64,000 nucleotides of DNA from Octopus bimaculoides (lineage: Eukaryota): positions 57,357,551-57,421,550 of the forward strand of contig NC_068997.1 of assembly GCF_001194135.2 (NCBI RefSeq), in the 5' to 3' direction. This document shows positions 1 through 11,770 of the stretch, one piece after another. Position 1 is the stretch's first letter, and the number at the start of each line of letters is the position of its first letter. The notes under the pieces are model-generated. The model was not told the DNA's origin and did no database searches. It was given only the letters and a program-made list of their open reading frames with translations. The translations under genes and the position numbers were made by a program.

Positions 1-1127
1 TAGAATGAATTATAAATTATTGGAGAAGAAACAATAGCTTTGACATTTGACTGCATTAGGCATCCTGAATAACGAGTGACGCCATGCAATGAAGACGTTT
101 ACAGTGGAAAAGAGAAAGTTGAGTTGACGTAGATCAGTTGGTAGTAAAGCTAAACTTAGATGATGGCTATTTCCTTTGGCAAATATTTCATGTTGAGAAA
201 CAAACATTACTGAATTGCTTCCCAGAAAATCAACTATTGATACGGATGTAAATTAAATGGAGGCAAATCCCAAAAGCAAATTTAGTCAGCCACCACTATT
301 AAGAGATACATCGTTTTTCATCTCATGTTTATATTTCAAGATTTCCATATCGAACACCCGCTTTCTTTCTTTGTTTATTTTACTTTTTAATATACAAACA
401 AAGCATAGAAATCAATACATTCCCCTTCATTTTTTTCCTTAGAATTCTTTACTTCATGTGACAGAAAGGAGTCCGGCTTGCAATTTTTGGGTTAAATTTC
501 CCCAGCGTCTACTATCATCAGCTTAAAGAAGACGATTCATCATTAAAGATCGCGGTGTAGAATAGATGATGTATATATCTCTTTATACCTACCTACCTAC
601 CTACCTGTCAGTCAGTCAGTCTACCAATCTATCTATCTATCTATTTATTTATCTATATATCTACCTATCTATTATAGTTAGATAAATAGATAGCTAGATA
701 TACATATGCACACAAACATACGCATGTACAGACACATTTTTTTTACGTGGTTTGATATCTTGAAAGGACTCTTGTTTTCGAGTATTAGAAATCTATATAC
801 AAGCCAATTGGATATCTCACACATTTATACGAATGCGAAGAAAACAGAAAAAAAGTCTTTTAACATTGGATGGAATCGCGGACATTAGATTGGTGAGTTA
901 TAAAAGGGGGAAAAAATTGTGAAAATCAAGTGGGATCTTTATCATCTGGTGTTTGCCTCTTCTTTATGTCTTTCCTATTCAATGGACATGTTTACATCCA
1001 ACATAGATAAACCTATAGGAATAATAATAATGCTAATAACAACAATAATAACGATGATGATGATGATGAGGAGGAGGAGGATTCATTAGTGTCATTGTTG
1101 TTGTTGATGCTATTGTTGTTATTATTA

Positions 1128-1262
1128 AGGCGGCGAGCTGGCAGAGAATCGTTAGCTTACCGGATAAAATGCTTAAAGATATTTCATCCGTTTTTACATT
1201 CTGAGTTCAAATTCTGCTGAGGTGGCTTTGCTTTTCATTACATCGGGGTCGATGAAATAAAT
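1128..1262 (+). mobile_element. SINE family A copy (tRNA-derived head), 3'-truncated
   Basis: Starts aggcggcgagctggcagagaatcgttagc and has B-box-like gagttcaaattc. Same family as the well-preserved copy at 27930-28147. Confidence 0.75.
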
Positions 1263-1334
1263 AACTTCTTCTCTTCCCCCTCTTTCCTCTTCTCTTCCCC
1301 CTCTTTCCTCTTCTCAGAATCATTATTATTATTT

Positions 1335-1640
1335 CAGAAAAACGCGATATCTACAGCATGGAGAGTCTGCTGTTGAGAGTTCAGTCCAGATGGGCTGGAC
1401 ATGTTGTTCGAATGGAAGGTGATCAGATTCCAAAAATTCTTTTGTATGACTAACAAGCAGAGGGAATCCGCGGTAAAGGAAGACCCCTGCTAACGTATAA
1501 GGATAAGATGAAACAATCACTAAAATCCATTCAGCTTAATTTTTCATTTTAGGAAAGTTATTGCCAAGATCGATGTGAGTGGCGTAAACTGTGTCATTAT
1601 GCATCAATTTGAGTTGAAGAGACAGAAAAATAGAATTTTA
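1335..1640 (+). mobile_element. RTE-clade LINE ORF2 C-terminal remnant
   Basis: Manual + strand translation: EKRDIYSMESLLLRVQSRWAGHVVRMEGDQIPKILLYD*QAEGIRGKGRPLLTYKDKMKQSLKS, then IAKDRCEWRKLCH. Matches the RTE C-terminal RW(A)GH..RM...RIPK..LYG...G.R..GRP motif. Contains an in-frame stop. Confidence 0.8.
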
Positions 1641-1847
1641 TCCTTTAGCCATCAATACCTGGTAAATTCAAAATCATCATTGTTCCCATTGGAATTTCAA
1701 AGCAAATTCCATAACTGAACTCAAATTACATTAAAGTAACTTTTGCAAATAGATGCAGCTTCTCTTTCAGTCCTTTTTGTTTTCTTTCATCGTTTTCCAG
1801 TTTAAATCCATTACTTCAAACACTCATCCGTCGAAATCGAAGGGATT

Positions 1848-2246
1848 CTTCTTCTTCTTCTTCTTCTTACTTTTCAGAGCTCTTCATCTTACTTACTTTG
1901 GTTGGTTCTTTGAGAGCGGACTGAAACCTGTTGTCAAAGATCTCACAGTGTCTCTCAAGGTTCTTTCCCACGAATTACAAGGTTTGGTACTTACATGTCA
2001 AGTATCATGGAAAATACGTAACACCCAATCAACAATCTCAAAATCCTCACTGTCCCCAACAGAGAAATTTTAGGGCATGCTTTACCCTCACCTCAAGACC
2101 AATTTCTCCGGCTTACTTCTCAAACTTGGTTGTCAGTGCCCTACAACTACTGCGATGGCAGTTAGACTTCTTATTCCCCACATTTTTGCAATTTCGTCAT
2201 TTACAAACTTATGTTTCCCCACTTTTTCCAGCTTTCTGTCTACTAC
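1848..2246 (-). mobile_element. R4/Dong-like RLE LINE 3' fragment, decayed
   Basis: Minus strand: VVDRKLEKVGKHKFVNDEIAKMWGIRSLTAIAVVVG / ALTTKFEK*AGEIGLEVRVKHALK / LLGTVRILRLL. Matches the RLE C-terminus (KY.DL..EI.RMW...IPVV+GAL...LLGTARILR). Ends in a (GAA)n tract. Confidence 0.7.
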
Positions 2247-2272
2247 CCTAACCCTAACCCTCTGTCTACTAC
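2235..2272. repeat. Short telomeric-type repeat (CCCTAA) flanked by perfect 12-bp direct repeats
   Basis: tctgtctactac (2235-2246), cctaaccctaaccc (2247-2260), tctgtctactac (2261-2272). Confidence 0.8.
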
Positions 2273-2775
2273 GTGTACGTCCCCTTGATACACGATTACA
2301 AAAGAAAGCATTGTATAATAACTTGGCTGCTTGCTGCACCCATGAATTTATCCAATGAGATTGTAAGTGTGTTTTCCGAAAATATAAGTTTCAAAGTTTG
2401 CTTCCCATTATCTGTTCATTCCTTAAAATTTCTCTGAGTGTGTTGAGTGTCACCAGAACTAAATTGGTGGCACCGAGCAAGTGTCAAATGTAAAGATTTA
2501 TGACACCATGCTTGGATATGCCATGTTTGTTATAACAAATTATGTGTGTATGTGTGTGTATATATCTATTCATATACACATATATATATTCATATTCATA
2601 CACACACACATATATCTGTATACATATATACATACATACGGTTATACATATAGACAGAGAGATATAAGTGCAAAGGTATATAGTTTTGTAGAAGCACATG
2701 TCAGATAAATGGAAAGGTAAATAGAAAGATAGAAAGAAAATGGCAGACAGACAGATCGGCAGGTAGGCAAGCAGG

Positions 2776-2814
<39 letters not shown>

Positions 2815-4296
2815 ATAAAGATTTTTGTTGCAAGTCATATTTGATTGCCAATATTACATTTCTTGTCGACTTTGGTTAAGATGTGCTTCATAGCATCATA
2901 TGAAAATAATTGTATGTTATTACTAATATCAAAGAGAAAATTAAGATAAATGATTTTGTACAAGTGGTGGAGCAAAATAGTAAGCTAAGTGAGTAGATGT
3001 ATTAATGTAGTAGAGTCGAAAGGGATCTAAAAAAATGAAATGAAAAAAGAAAAATATATTCAGTTTTGAAATATATTTTTTGTCGTACTACCAACTCCAT
3101 TTCCTGTCTCCAAACATAGATGAGACAAAATATAGACCGCGGAGAAGATATTTACGTGTGCTTGCTAAAAACAAAACCTAAAACATGGGGAAAGATACAG
3201 AAACTGCATATACAACAGTGATCATAGGATGGCTCCATCACGGTTAAAGCCAGGATAAAGACGAATAACAACAAAAAACGACGAAGATAAAGGAAAGAAC
3301 TGATACACTAATCGATACGACAAAAGAAGCCTGTCTGTCGTTATTGATTGCTAGAATTATCATAGAAATTTATCTCGCACTTCAGAATATGGTTTTACAT
3401 TGTACAATGTAGTCCTATCACTCCTAGTCGCGGCTCAAAGCTTCATGACAGGCCCAACTATCTTTAAAGTATTAGCAAATATATATTAGATAAGTTCATC
3501 ATACATACATTATGACAGAAAAAATTACAGTGGGGTCACCTTTAGAACTTTTGACGAACTATTTAGGTCCAATTTTGTTAGGCAACAGCAAAAGCAACGG
3601 CTATCAAAACCCGAGACAAGATGATGTCCAGTTTGAGGGGTGTTTCAACGAATCAGGTCTGAATGAAGATAGAACAAAGCTGAAATACAACGAAGAAGTA
3701 AAATAAGAATCATTAAATAAAATTTGGGAGGCCAAAACCCGACAGGAGGCGAGGATGAAGGAGAAATAAAAAAAAACAAAACAAAACAAAAACAGATGAA
3801 TAAAATTATTGGAGATAAAATATATGGATGAAAATGAAGAGGTGCGATGTATGAATGAGAGTTAAGAAAAGATAAGTGAATGAATGAAGAACTAGAAGAA
3901 TAAAACATTGAAGAATAAAATATCAAATGAAAAATATCTCAAAGAACGAAAATAATTCTGATTCAAAGAACCAGATTCGTTGCCAAAACCAATTAGAATC
4001 GTTCCAACTTCCGGAAAAGAAAGTTGTTCCAAACAACAACAGTAACAACAATGCTCGTGATAATGATGATGATAATGATCATGACGATGCAGAAGTTGGT
4101 AGAAGTGTGGAGACCATAATATTACGAAAGAATTTGGATTAAATGTTGTTTACTTAAGTGTGTACACAAGCACATTGAAACATGTATACATACTAAGATA
4201 CACACACGCACACCACCACATATATGGACATTTCTTTTATTATCACGCACACAATCTTGTGTGTGTGTGTGTATGTGTTTGTGTGTGTGTATAAGA

Positions 4297-4770
4297 AGGC
4301 GCATGGCTTAGTGGTTAGGGTGTTGCACTCATGATTGCGAGATCGTAGGTTCTATTCTCAGATCGTTGCGTTGTGTTCTTGAGCAAAGCACTTCATTTCA
4401 CTTTTCTCTGCGATCATTTCGTCATGATAACGTGACACATGGTGCACCTGTACAGGTAAAGTTGATCTGTTGGAAGGATTGAGCTTATGTGAACACAAAC
4501 ACTTGATCACTATAAACAAATCATCTGTGAGGTTGTTCGACAAGAAATTATTTTCTCTATTAGCTACTAGGGCCTGACATAGAGGGACGATCAAATGCAT
4601 GTGGGTGAGGTCGTACCTAAAAGCGTGTACACAGTTTTAACAATGGTAAAAGGCTAAAAATTGCACCCAAAAGGGAGAGTATTCTGGGTTGGTCGTGGAA
4701 ATCTCACACGCCAGATGTCAACTTAATCACTACGGCAAAGGCCTAGAAGTTTATGTCCAAGTTAGATGCA
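4297..4770 (+). mobile_element. tRNA-derived SINE copy
   Basis: Head aggcgcatggcttagtggttagggtgttgcactcatgattgcgagatcgtaggttctattc has A-box and degenerate B-box. Head resembles those at 24648 (+) and 22690 (-). Confidence 0.65.
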
Positions 4771-4958
4771 TTCATTCGAACTATTCGTGCAACTTTTGCC
4801 TATCTTTCCACAAATTTGCACTAGGGCAGTTTCTCCCTTTCTTGTCTCAGTTTTCTTTTCAAGTGGAACTTAATATGGTTAATTAAACCACTACCGGAAA
4901 GAAAGGTGCCCGCCCTTAATCCTTTCACCCGCGACAACTACACAGTCTCTTTTGCCCG

Positions 4959-5500
4959 TCCAAATCCAGTGATCGGAGGTCGTTAAAAAGTCGTCCTCGC
5001 TTCCAAAGCGATTCCAGGTCATGGACGTTTAAACTGCCTAACTTGAGCAAAACCATGATGAGAGAAATGGGAAAAGAAAATGATGCACTACTTATTTTTT
5101 CAGCTGCGGGGAGAGTAAGAGGTTTTTCTCACTCTTCTGGGTGGCTGCGTGAGTATCCACGATCACGTTTTTGTATAAACATTTGGTTCTTGTTCTTTGG
5201 ATAACAAAATGATGGCGTGTAAACAAAAGTAACAAGTATGAAGTTTGAAAAAATTTAAATGTAAATGCAAATAACAAGGTGGTACTCCGAAAGGAGGATC
5301 ATGCTGGGTTGGACGTGGAGACCTCACAAGCCACGAGCCAAATAGGTCGCTCAAGTTAGTCTCATATGAATATTACATCCAAATCCACTGATTTGAGATC
5401 GTTGAACAAGTATCCTTGCTTCCAAGGCGATCCCAAGTCACGTACAGTTGTGCTGGCTAGCTTGAACGAGAACATGAGAGAAAAATAAGAAAACGAGCGT
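4959..5500. repeat. Diverged direct repeat, two ~120-bp units 419 bp apart
   Basis: tccaaatccagtgatcggaggtcgttaaaaagtcgtcctcgcttccaaagcgattccaggtca (4959) aligns to tccaaatccactgatttgagatcgttgaacaagtatccttgcttccaaggcgatcccaagtca (5378). Confidence 0.75.
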
Positions 5501-6047
5501 AGTTACTTACGCTGTGTGTTGAGGAGGGTATCTTCAATTAAATGTTGGGTGGCTTGTAGGGGTATGCTCAAATTTTTGTATAAGTGTTTTGTGAACATTC
5601 TTTGTAGATTTCCTATGTCATTGGAGTATTTGTCTTTTAGTTGAATGAAATGCCACTGTTTTTGAATGTGCTTGGAGACATGTGATTGCAGGGTATGGAC
5701 TAGTGTGGTGTGATGTTCTGGTTGTCTTGTGTGCATTCCATGAGCGATGTGTTTGTTGTGTTAATAGGTGTGAGGTTTGTGAGTGTGCATTTAGGGTGCG
5801 GAGCCGGCAGTGGCGCTGATGGTGTAAGTAATGTGGGTGTGAGTGAAGATGGTTGTGTGTCTTTGTTGCAGTCATTACAAAAAAACTCGATTAGTTGCTT
5901 GATTAATTATCCTAAAATAATAAAAGGATACCATTACCCGGCGTTATAATAGTTATTCGTTGGAAATACAAACTTAGAAAGAAAATAAAAATATATATGT
6001 GATAGTGGATATATCCCCCCCCGCAAGCATATATTAAAATATGCTTA

Positions 6048-6110
<63 letters not shown>

Positions 6111-6149
6111 GCATACATATTTGTATGCATTATATGACATTCTTTTGCA

Positions 6150-6600
6150 AGAAATCTCCTGTCAGCATTGTTTTCACTTCACCAAGACTCATTTTTCCAA
6201 TTTTCACTTTTCCAAACAACCACCAATGATAGTGTCGTCTGCTAATGCTATTCGTTTATTATTTTACTCCCGCCAACTAATGCACTGAATGGTATACAAG
6301 TTTTTCTCCATATCATTTATACATGAAACTGACGTAATTTTCTCGATATTTCGCCAAATCTATACAATTGCAGTTATCATCCCAAAGAGATTCCTAAGAA
6401 AATGAACCTTGCAATAAGAAAAAAAAAAAAAAAAAATTACACCTTATCATTTATTGCAAAGAATTTATTTCAAGACCTCTGCATACTCTTGCAAAGTTTA
6501 TGCTCCTATGAGGTCGCTTTCACTAGAGCATCAGAAGATTACAGTGATGCAATGATGCTAAACGTTTCCCATGATATAATCCAATAGACAAATTACACCA
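6150..6600 (-). mobile_element. Heavily decayed LINE reverse-transcriptase remnant
   Basis: Minus-strand pieces across frames: CNCIDLAKYRENYVSFM / CINDMEKNL...ALADDTII. Resembles RT GVRQGENLSP.LF...INDLE...LYADD. Multiple stops. Confidence 0.4.
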
Positions 6601-7049
6601 CTAATAAATATAAATCTTCGAAAACATTTTGCTTCAGTTGAAGAAGAGGAATCTATAGATATTGCATTAACAATATATATATATATATACAGGTAGATGT
6701 GGGCACTTTGCCAACACTAGACGGTTGTTTCACTTGAATATAGGGGAACAATGTAAAATGTCTTACGTTTGGAGACAAGGCATTACTCAATCATGAAATC
6801 GAGTCAATGTATTTATGATAGTGATATCAACATCGTAACGAAGAAGTCAGGCGCCTTTAGTTGCATTAGCGACTCTCTTTAATATCTTATTCTTAAATAA
6901 GTTCATTCCTAGGTATGTTCAAATTAGGAACCTTTATTTCGAAATGAAGAGAGTGGATCACGTTATTAATCTTGTTAAATTTTCATTCATAATTTCATAT
7001 TCCAAACTTTTATCTAAAAAATTTTAATTTTTCAAAGTTCCAACTGACA

Positions 7050-7320
7050 AGTAATTCTTATCACTACTTCAACATGACTGGTCCGTTAGAACAGAGGTTA
7101 ATACCAGTTTTAACCACAGAAGGAGGCCTCCTCCAGCTGGTTGTCGATGCAATCTCCACCCATATATATTGGAAACATGAGAGCGAATCCCTACTATATC
7201 TAGCGACGACAATGAGACTACCAAATCATCCGGTTTCAAAGTTATTTGTACTCATCCTCAATGGTAGATAACTACTGCTAGAGACAGCAGTAGTTCGCTC
7301 CAGCTCGCAATATATAGACA
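7050..7320 (+). mobile_element. Truncated sister copy of the adjacent MITE-like element
   Basis: 7051-7270 aligns with the inner left TIR and interior of 7343-7901 (e.g. gaacagaggttaataccag at 7089 vs gaacagaagttattaccat at 7445). Confidence 0.7.
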
Positions 7321-7342
7321 AATAAGTAACAACTCATCACTG

Positions 7343-7901
7343 CAACAAGTAAAGTAGCCAGTTAGAAAATCTCTATAAGAGATGAAAGAAGTAACTATAC
7401 CGAGAGATAATTTTTATCGCCACTTCAAAATGGCGGTTCCGAAGGAACAGAAGTTATTACCATTTAAAACCCCAGGATGAGTTCTCCAGCTGGTTATCCA
7501 GCTGGTTATCGACGCAGTCTATAGCTGATATATGTGGCAAGCAGTGGAGCGAAGCCCTACCACCTTCTACCGATGATAACGGGACCACCAGACTACCTGG
7601 TTTCCAGCTATCTCTAACGGAAGATGTCGATCACTGAAGATGAGAGAGCTCAAAACCCAACACTCTGGTGGTCCTTTTGTCGTCGCTAGAAAATGTCATG
7701 GGTTCGTTCCCCTGCTTGCAATATATATATATAGGACGTAGATTGCATCGATAACTAGTTGAAGGAGGCCTCTTCCTGGGGTTAAAAATGGTAGTAACGT
7801 CTGTGCCTACGGAAGAACCATGTTGATGTGGCGATAAGCATTATTTCTCAATATAGTTACCACTCTCATCTCTTAAAGAGATTTTCTAACTTTGCTTGTT
7901 G
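7343..7901. mobile_element. Unclassified MITE-like element with ~95-bp imperfect terminal inverted repeats
   Basis: The reverse complement of 7343-7440 aligns with 7811-7901 (gtggcgataa...tatagttac...tcatctctta.agagattttctaact...cttgttg). Termini are CAACAAG...CTTGTTG. No coding capacity. Confidence 0.75.
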
Positions 7902-10086
7902 AAAGTTCTAACTCTTTAATTATTAATATTATTATTATTATTATTATTTTATTTTTATTATTTCTAACGATTTAACTATATGTTTTCTACTTGACAGAAA
8001 TAATATTTAGCAGTATTATTTACTAATTGATATTATTTTTAACTCTTATTTAGTTATACCTCATTCGCTAAGTGTGATGTATTGCTAACTAGTGAAGTTT
8101 TGTATTGCTAATTTTGAGAGTATTAATAATATTTTGCTAATACTAATCGTTCAACAAACTCTATTTTCCGTTGTACATTTACAATGGCTTTAAGCTCTCT
8201 GAAGAGAAATTGTTCTTTGTTTAATAATTCCAACTTAGCGAAACTCATCCTCCATGAATGCCCGTGTGACTGGAACTGTCAATAAATGTTTATAAGTCGT
8301 AGAGTTTTCTTCTTTTTTTTTTTATATACTAGAATGGAAGCATTCCGATACTTAACAAAAAAAAAACAAAACAAAAAAACGGCAAGTCTTCAAATTTGTT
8401 TTCTCTACTCGAAGAATAAAGTTCTGAGAATAACGAAATTTATTTTATGTGCAACAGAAATATCTTGAGACTTTCCCCACAACAATGAATTATTTAACAG
8501 TATATCTCATACAGATAACAGAAAGTTAATGTCACAGTCGTGCTGTTGTTTAAATTTGTTTGTCAGTGATTGTATTACCTGATCCATTACAACAATAGAT
8601 TACTCCAAGTGATTCCTCCAACGACTTCTCTACATTATCTTTATGCCTATTTTTCTAGAGATATGTATATCGGTTCAATACCTATTTTATATACGATTAC
8701 TCTAAAGTTACATTAACAGGAGCACAAAATATTTCTGTATCATTAGAGGCGATTTCATTTCAGTAATATTGTTGATGGCATTTCTAAATGTTTTGGCGCA
8801 AACGAAAGTGTCATTCCCGTATGATTGCTAATAAATATGGCGACACATAACAGTAATGTTCTACTGAAATGGTATTTATGCGCCCTATTTAATAAAACAT
8901 TAAGGTGTCCAGAATGTCTCTCTCGAAGTTACCTTTATCAATTGGTGCCACGTAAAACCACTTCTTAATGCCTTAATTTCCCTTCTTGCTTCCACTTCGT
9001 CATGTCAATAAAACAACGTACAAGATCCGGCATTAACCTCGTTCCTTAGAGGAAAGTTTAGTGTGTGGCAATTCTCATTCTTTAGATCAAGAATTCTTCT
9101 TTAACATAATACTCACTACATTAACCTCAACTAGTTATTCCCATTTCTCAGACTAACTGTCACCGATTCAAGCTCAGTTGGTATGAATGCAGTTTATTTT
9201 CATACCAATCGTTAATGTAACACAGACTCCATACAACTAAAACCACTTCAACATGGTCTTATACTTCAAAAACACAAGGGTTTAAATGGCAAAGCTATTT
9301 ATTCAAAACATTATTGTCCATTTCGTCGTCCTGCAGCCATCTCTCTCCATCACCTTCTATCAATATATTTTTTTTGATAATATTTTACATGAACATTATG
9401 GGAAAGAAATTTTTAAAAAAAATAAAATATAAAAAAGTATGAGATATTTATCTCTGTCCAGAAGGAATTTTGTTGTTTTATTAATTCTTTTTAAATGGTA
9501 TCAGCGATTAGCTGTTTTTCTAGACGTTCTGTTAAAAACAAATTAACTCACTCAACTTTACATGAGTTCACAATAAAGTCTATAAAAAACATTTGTTTCT
9601 TTAGGTTTTGGTTAATATTGTGTTTTGTTTTCATGTTCCATTGGAGCGTGATGAAAGAGTAACTTGACATTGCCGACATTGATTCTGCAATGAATCGTCA
9701 TTGTAAGAACTGAAACTGCGACTCTCCGTTTCCGAATATGTTACCCTCCCCGATAATTCTGTGTTATCATTTTCAAACATAATTCACAGCAGCGAATATA
9801 TTTTCCGGTTCAAAATTTACTTAAAACTTTCTATTCTGTCGAATTATGGCACGAAGCAAGGCTTTTGAGAGGAGGGGTAAGTTGATAGCATAGATCTCAA
9901 TCATCACGTGGTAGTTTTATTTTATTGACCCCGATAGGAAGGAGCGCAAAATTGACCTCGGCAAGATTTGCCCAAAAGATGTACAGAGTAGAAGAAATGC
10001 TGTTAAACATTTTATCCAACGTACTATTGATCCCCCTACACACGTATACATACACGCGCGTACACACACACACACACACACGCACA

Positions 10087-10345
10087 TAGGGTGTTTGGGC
10101 TAAATGAGACAGCTTGCATAAATGGTAAAGATAACAAAAAATCATCCCAAAATAATAAAAGTATTTAACGAAATTCAAAAACTACCAACTGGATTATGGC
10201 TGTGAGATAGCAGCTTATCCACAGCAGCCGCCCTCAGCTTCCTTCACGGCCTCAAAATAGCTATGAACCTGGCCCATGCATTCCTCACTATGACTCTTTT
10301 CAAATACGTCCTTGATCTTGGTTACCAGCTTGGCATTGGTGTTGT
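10087..10345 (-). mobile_element. Tc1/mariner-superfamily (probably maT/DD37D-type) transposase C-terminal fragment with probable right end
   Basis: Minus strand YNTNAKLVTKIKDVFEKSHSEECMGQVHSYFEAVKEAEGGCCG*. Resembles the H.T...L...I...F.......AC..F..R+EAV.EAEGG..E* terminus. Followed by ...ccaaacacccta, a TIR-like end. Confidence 0.65.
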
Positions 10346-10458
10346 AGCATCAGTTGTCAAGCGATGACGGAGAAACAAACACAGACGCAAAGACACATGC
10401 ACATATACCTACCTACCTACTACATATCTATCTATAGATAAATACCTACATATATCTC

Positions 10459-10590
10459 AAACCTCTTGATTGGACTATATCAGGTGGAGAAGAGCCATGC
10501 AAGGAACGTGAAGAGAGCACAGTATAAAGAAAGTCATGGTGGTGCTCCAGCATGACCGCAGTCACTTGGCTGAAACGCATAAATAAATAA

Positions 10591-10592
<2 letters not shown>
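10459..10592 (+). mobile_element. Short 3'-end fragment of the same CR1-type family as 51076-52699
   Basis: ctcttgattggac..tcaggtgg.agaagagccatgcaaggaacgtgaa...ccagcatgaccgcag.cacttggctgaaac.cataaataaata matches the reverse complement of 51076-51195, with a ~20-nt insertion. Ends in a (TAAA)n tail. Confidence 0.85.
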
Positions 10593-10643
<51 letters not shown>

Positions 10644-10827
10644 TATATAAGATAATAAGAGTGAAAAAACTACAGAAGGCTTGTGTTACATGGTTAAAGT
10701 ATATATTTAAATTATGTCAGAAAAATGTTACAAAATCTTTTTGGTATATAAACATTGTATTTTGAGAAATAACCGGTTTCGTGTTGTCTTTTCAAATTTC
10801 TCTACTTCATTGTAACGTGTTCGCTCC

Positions 10828-11412
10828 NNNNNNNNNNNNNNNNNNNNNNNNNNNNNNNNNNNNNNNNNNNNNNNNNNNNNNNNNNNNNNNNNNNNNNNNN
10901 NNNNNNNNNNNNNNNNNNNNNNNNNNNNNNNNNNNNNNNNNNNNNNNNNNNNNNNNNNNNNNNNNNNNNNNNNNNNNNNNNNNNNNNNNNNNNNNNNNNN
11001 NNNNNNNNNNNNNNNNNNNNNNNNNNNNNNNNNNNNNNNNNNNNNNNNNNNNNNNNNNNNNNNNNNNNNNNNNNNNNNNNNNNNNNNNNNNNNNNNNNNN
11101 NNNNNNNNNNNNNNNNNNNNNNNNNNNNNNNNNNNNNNNNNNNNNNNNNNNNNNNNNNNNNNNNNNNNNNNNNNNNNNNNNNNNNNNNNNNNNNNNNNNN
11201 NNNNNNNNNNNNNNNNNNNNNNNNNNNNNNNNNNNNNNNNNNNNNNNNNNNNNNNNNNNNNNNNNNNNNNNNNNNNNNNNNNNNNNNNNNNNNNNNNNNN
11301 NNNNNNNNNNNNNNNNNNNNNNNNNNNNNNNNNNNNNNNNNNNNNNNNNNNNNNNNNNNNNNNNNNNNNNNNNNNNNNNNNNNNNNNNNNNNNNNNNNNN
11401 NNNNNNNNNNNN
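10828..11412. other. Assembly gap abutting an (AT)n microsatellite
   Basis: N run. Similar microsatellite-bordered gaps at 19370-19725, 31561-31744 and 44726-44817. Confidence 0.99.
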
Positions 11413-11475
<63 letters not shown>

Positions 11476-11484
11476 AACACACAC

Positions 11485-11770
11485 ATATATATGCAACAAA
11501 GCACGGGCAGGCTCTCCCAGATTTTGGGGAATCATACCTTTGGTTAACCCAGAAAAGTTGAAATCGTTATACTTGCGGTTGATAAAACTAAAGGAGTATG
11601 TCGCGAATCGTTGAATTAAAGAATGCATCGAAGCCAATATATGGAATAGATTTTCTTTGTAGATATGATTTGGGATAAGCACAACTGCATATAGATATCC
11701 AGCACTAACCCATCATGAGCTTGAGATTAGGTGTAGAAGAAGCAACTGCTTACGGTCGAAATATTCTTTC
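11485..11770 (+). mobile_element. Possible Penelope-like element GIY-YIG C-terminal remnant
   Basis: Frameshifted + strand reading GNHTFG*PRKVEIVILAVDKTKGVCR / IKECIEANIWNR. Resembles the PLE endonuclease end H.F....V.IL..+K.K..R.IKE.IEI...NR. Confidence 0.45.

Noticed and set aside
1329-1520. Minus-strand ORF (VSSYPYTLAGVFLYRGFPLL...) with an upstream AG that looked like a terminal exon, loosely like a GT61/POMGNT2 segment
   Set aside because: The opposite strand is a clear RTE LINE C-terminus (RWAGHVVRM...GRP), so this ORF is its antisense shadow.
6314-6373. Possible 60-nt exon ESLWDDNCNCIDLAKYRENY with AG and GTCAGT sites
   Set aside because: It lies inside a decayed RT remnant (INDME...LADDT immediately downstream).
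9178-9208. 10-bp perfect inverted repeat ttggtatgaa / ttcataccaa
   Set aside because: Isolated, and expected by chance in 64 kb of AT-rich DNA.
10728-11682. Long ORFs of 226-291 aa, and similar ones at 19274-19906, 31441-31985 and 51330-52562
   Set aside because: They are artefacts of N gaps and (AT)n/(GT)n microsatellites.
11535-11690. Minus-strand frame VLIPNHIYKENLFHIL... bounded by cag| and |gtatga, resembling the POMGNT2 LIANRFNPDNLMHV motif
   Set aside because: The short match could be chance, the + strand resembles a Penelope GIY-YIG end, and the presumed partner exon at 1329-1520 proved to be TE antisense. Not fully excluded; RNA-seq junctions would settle it.
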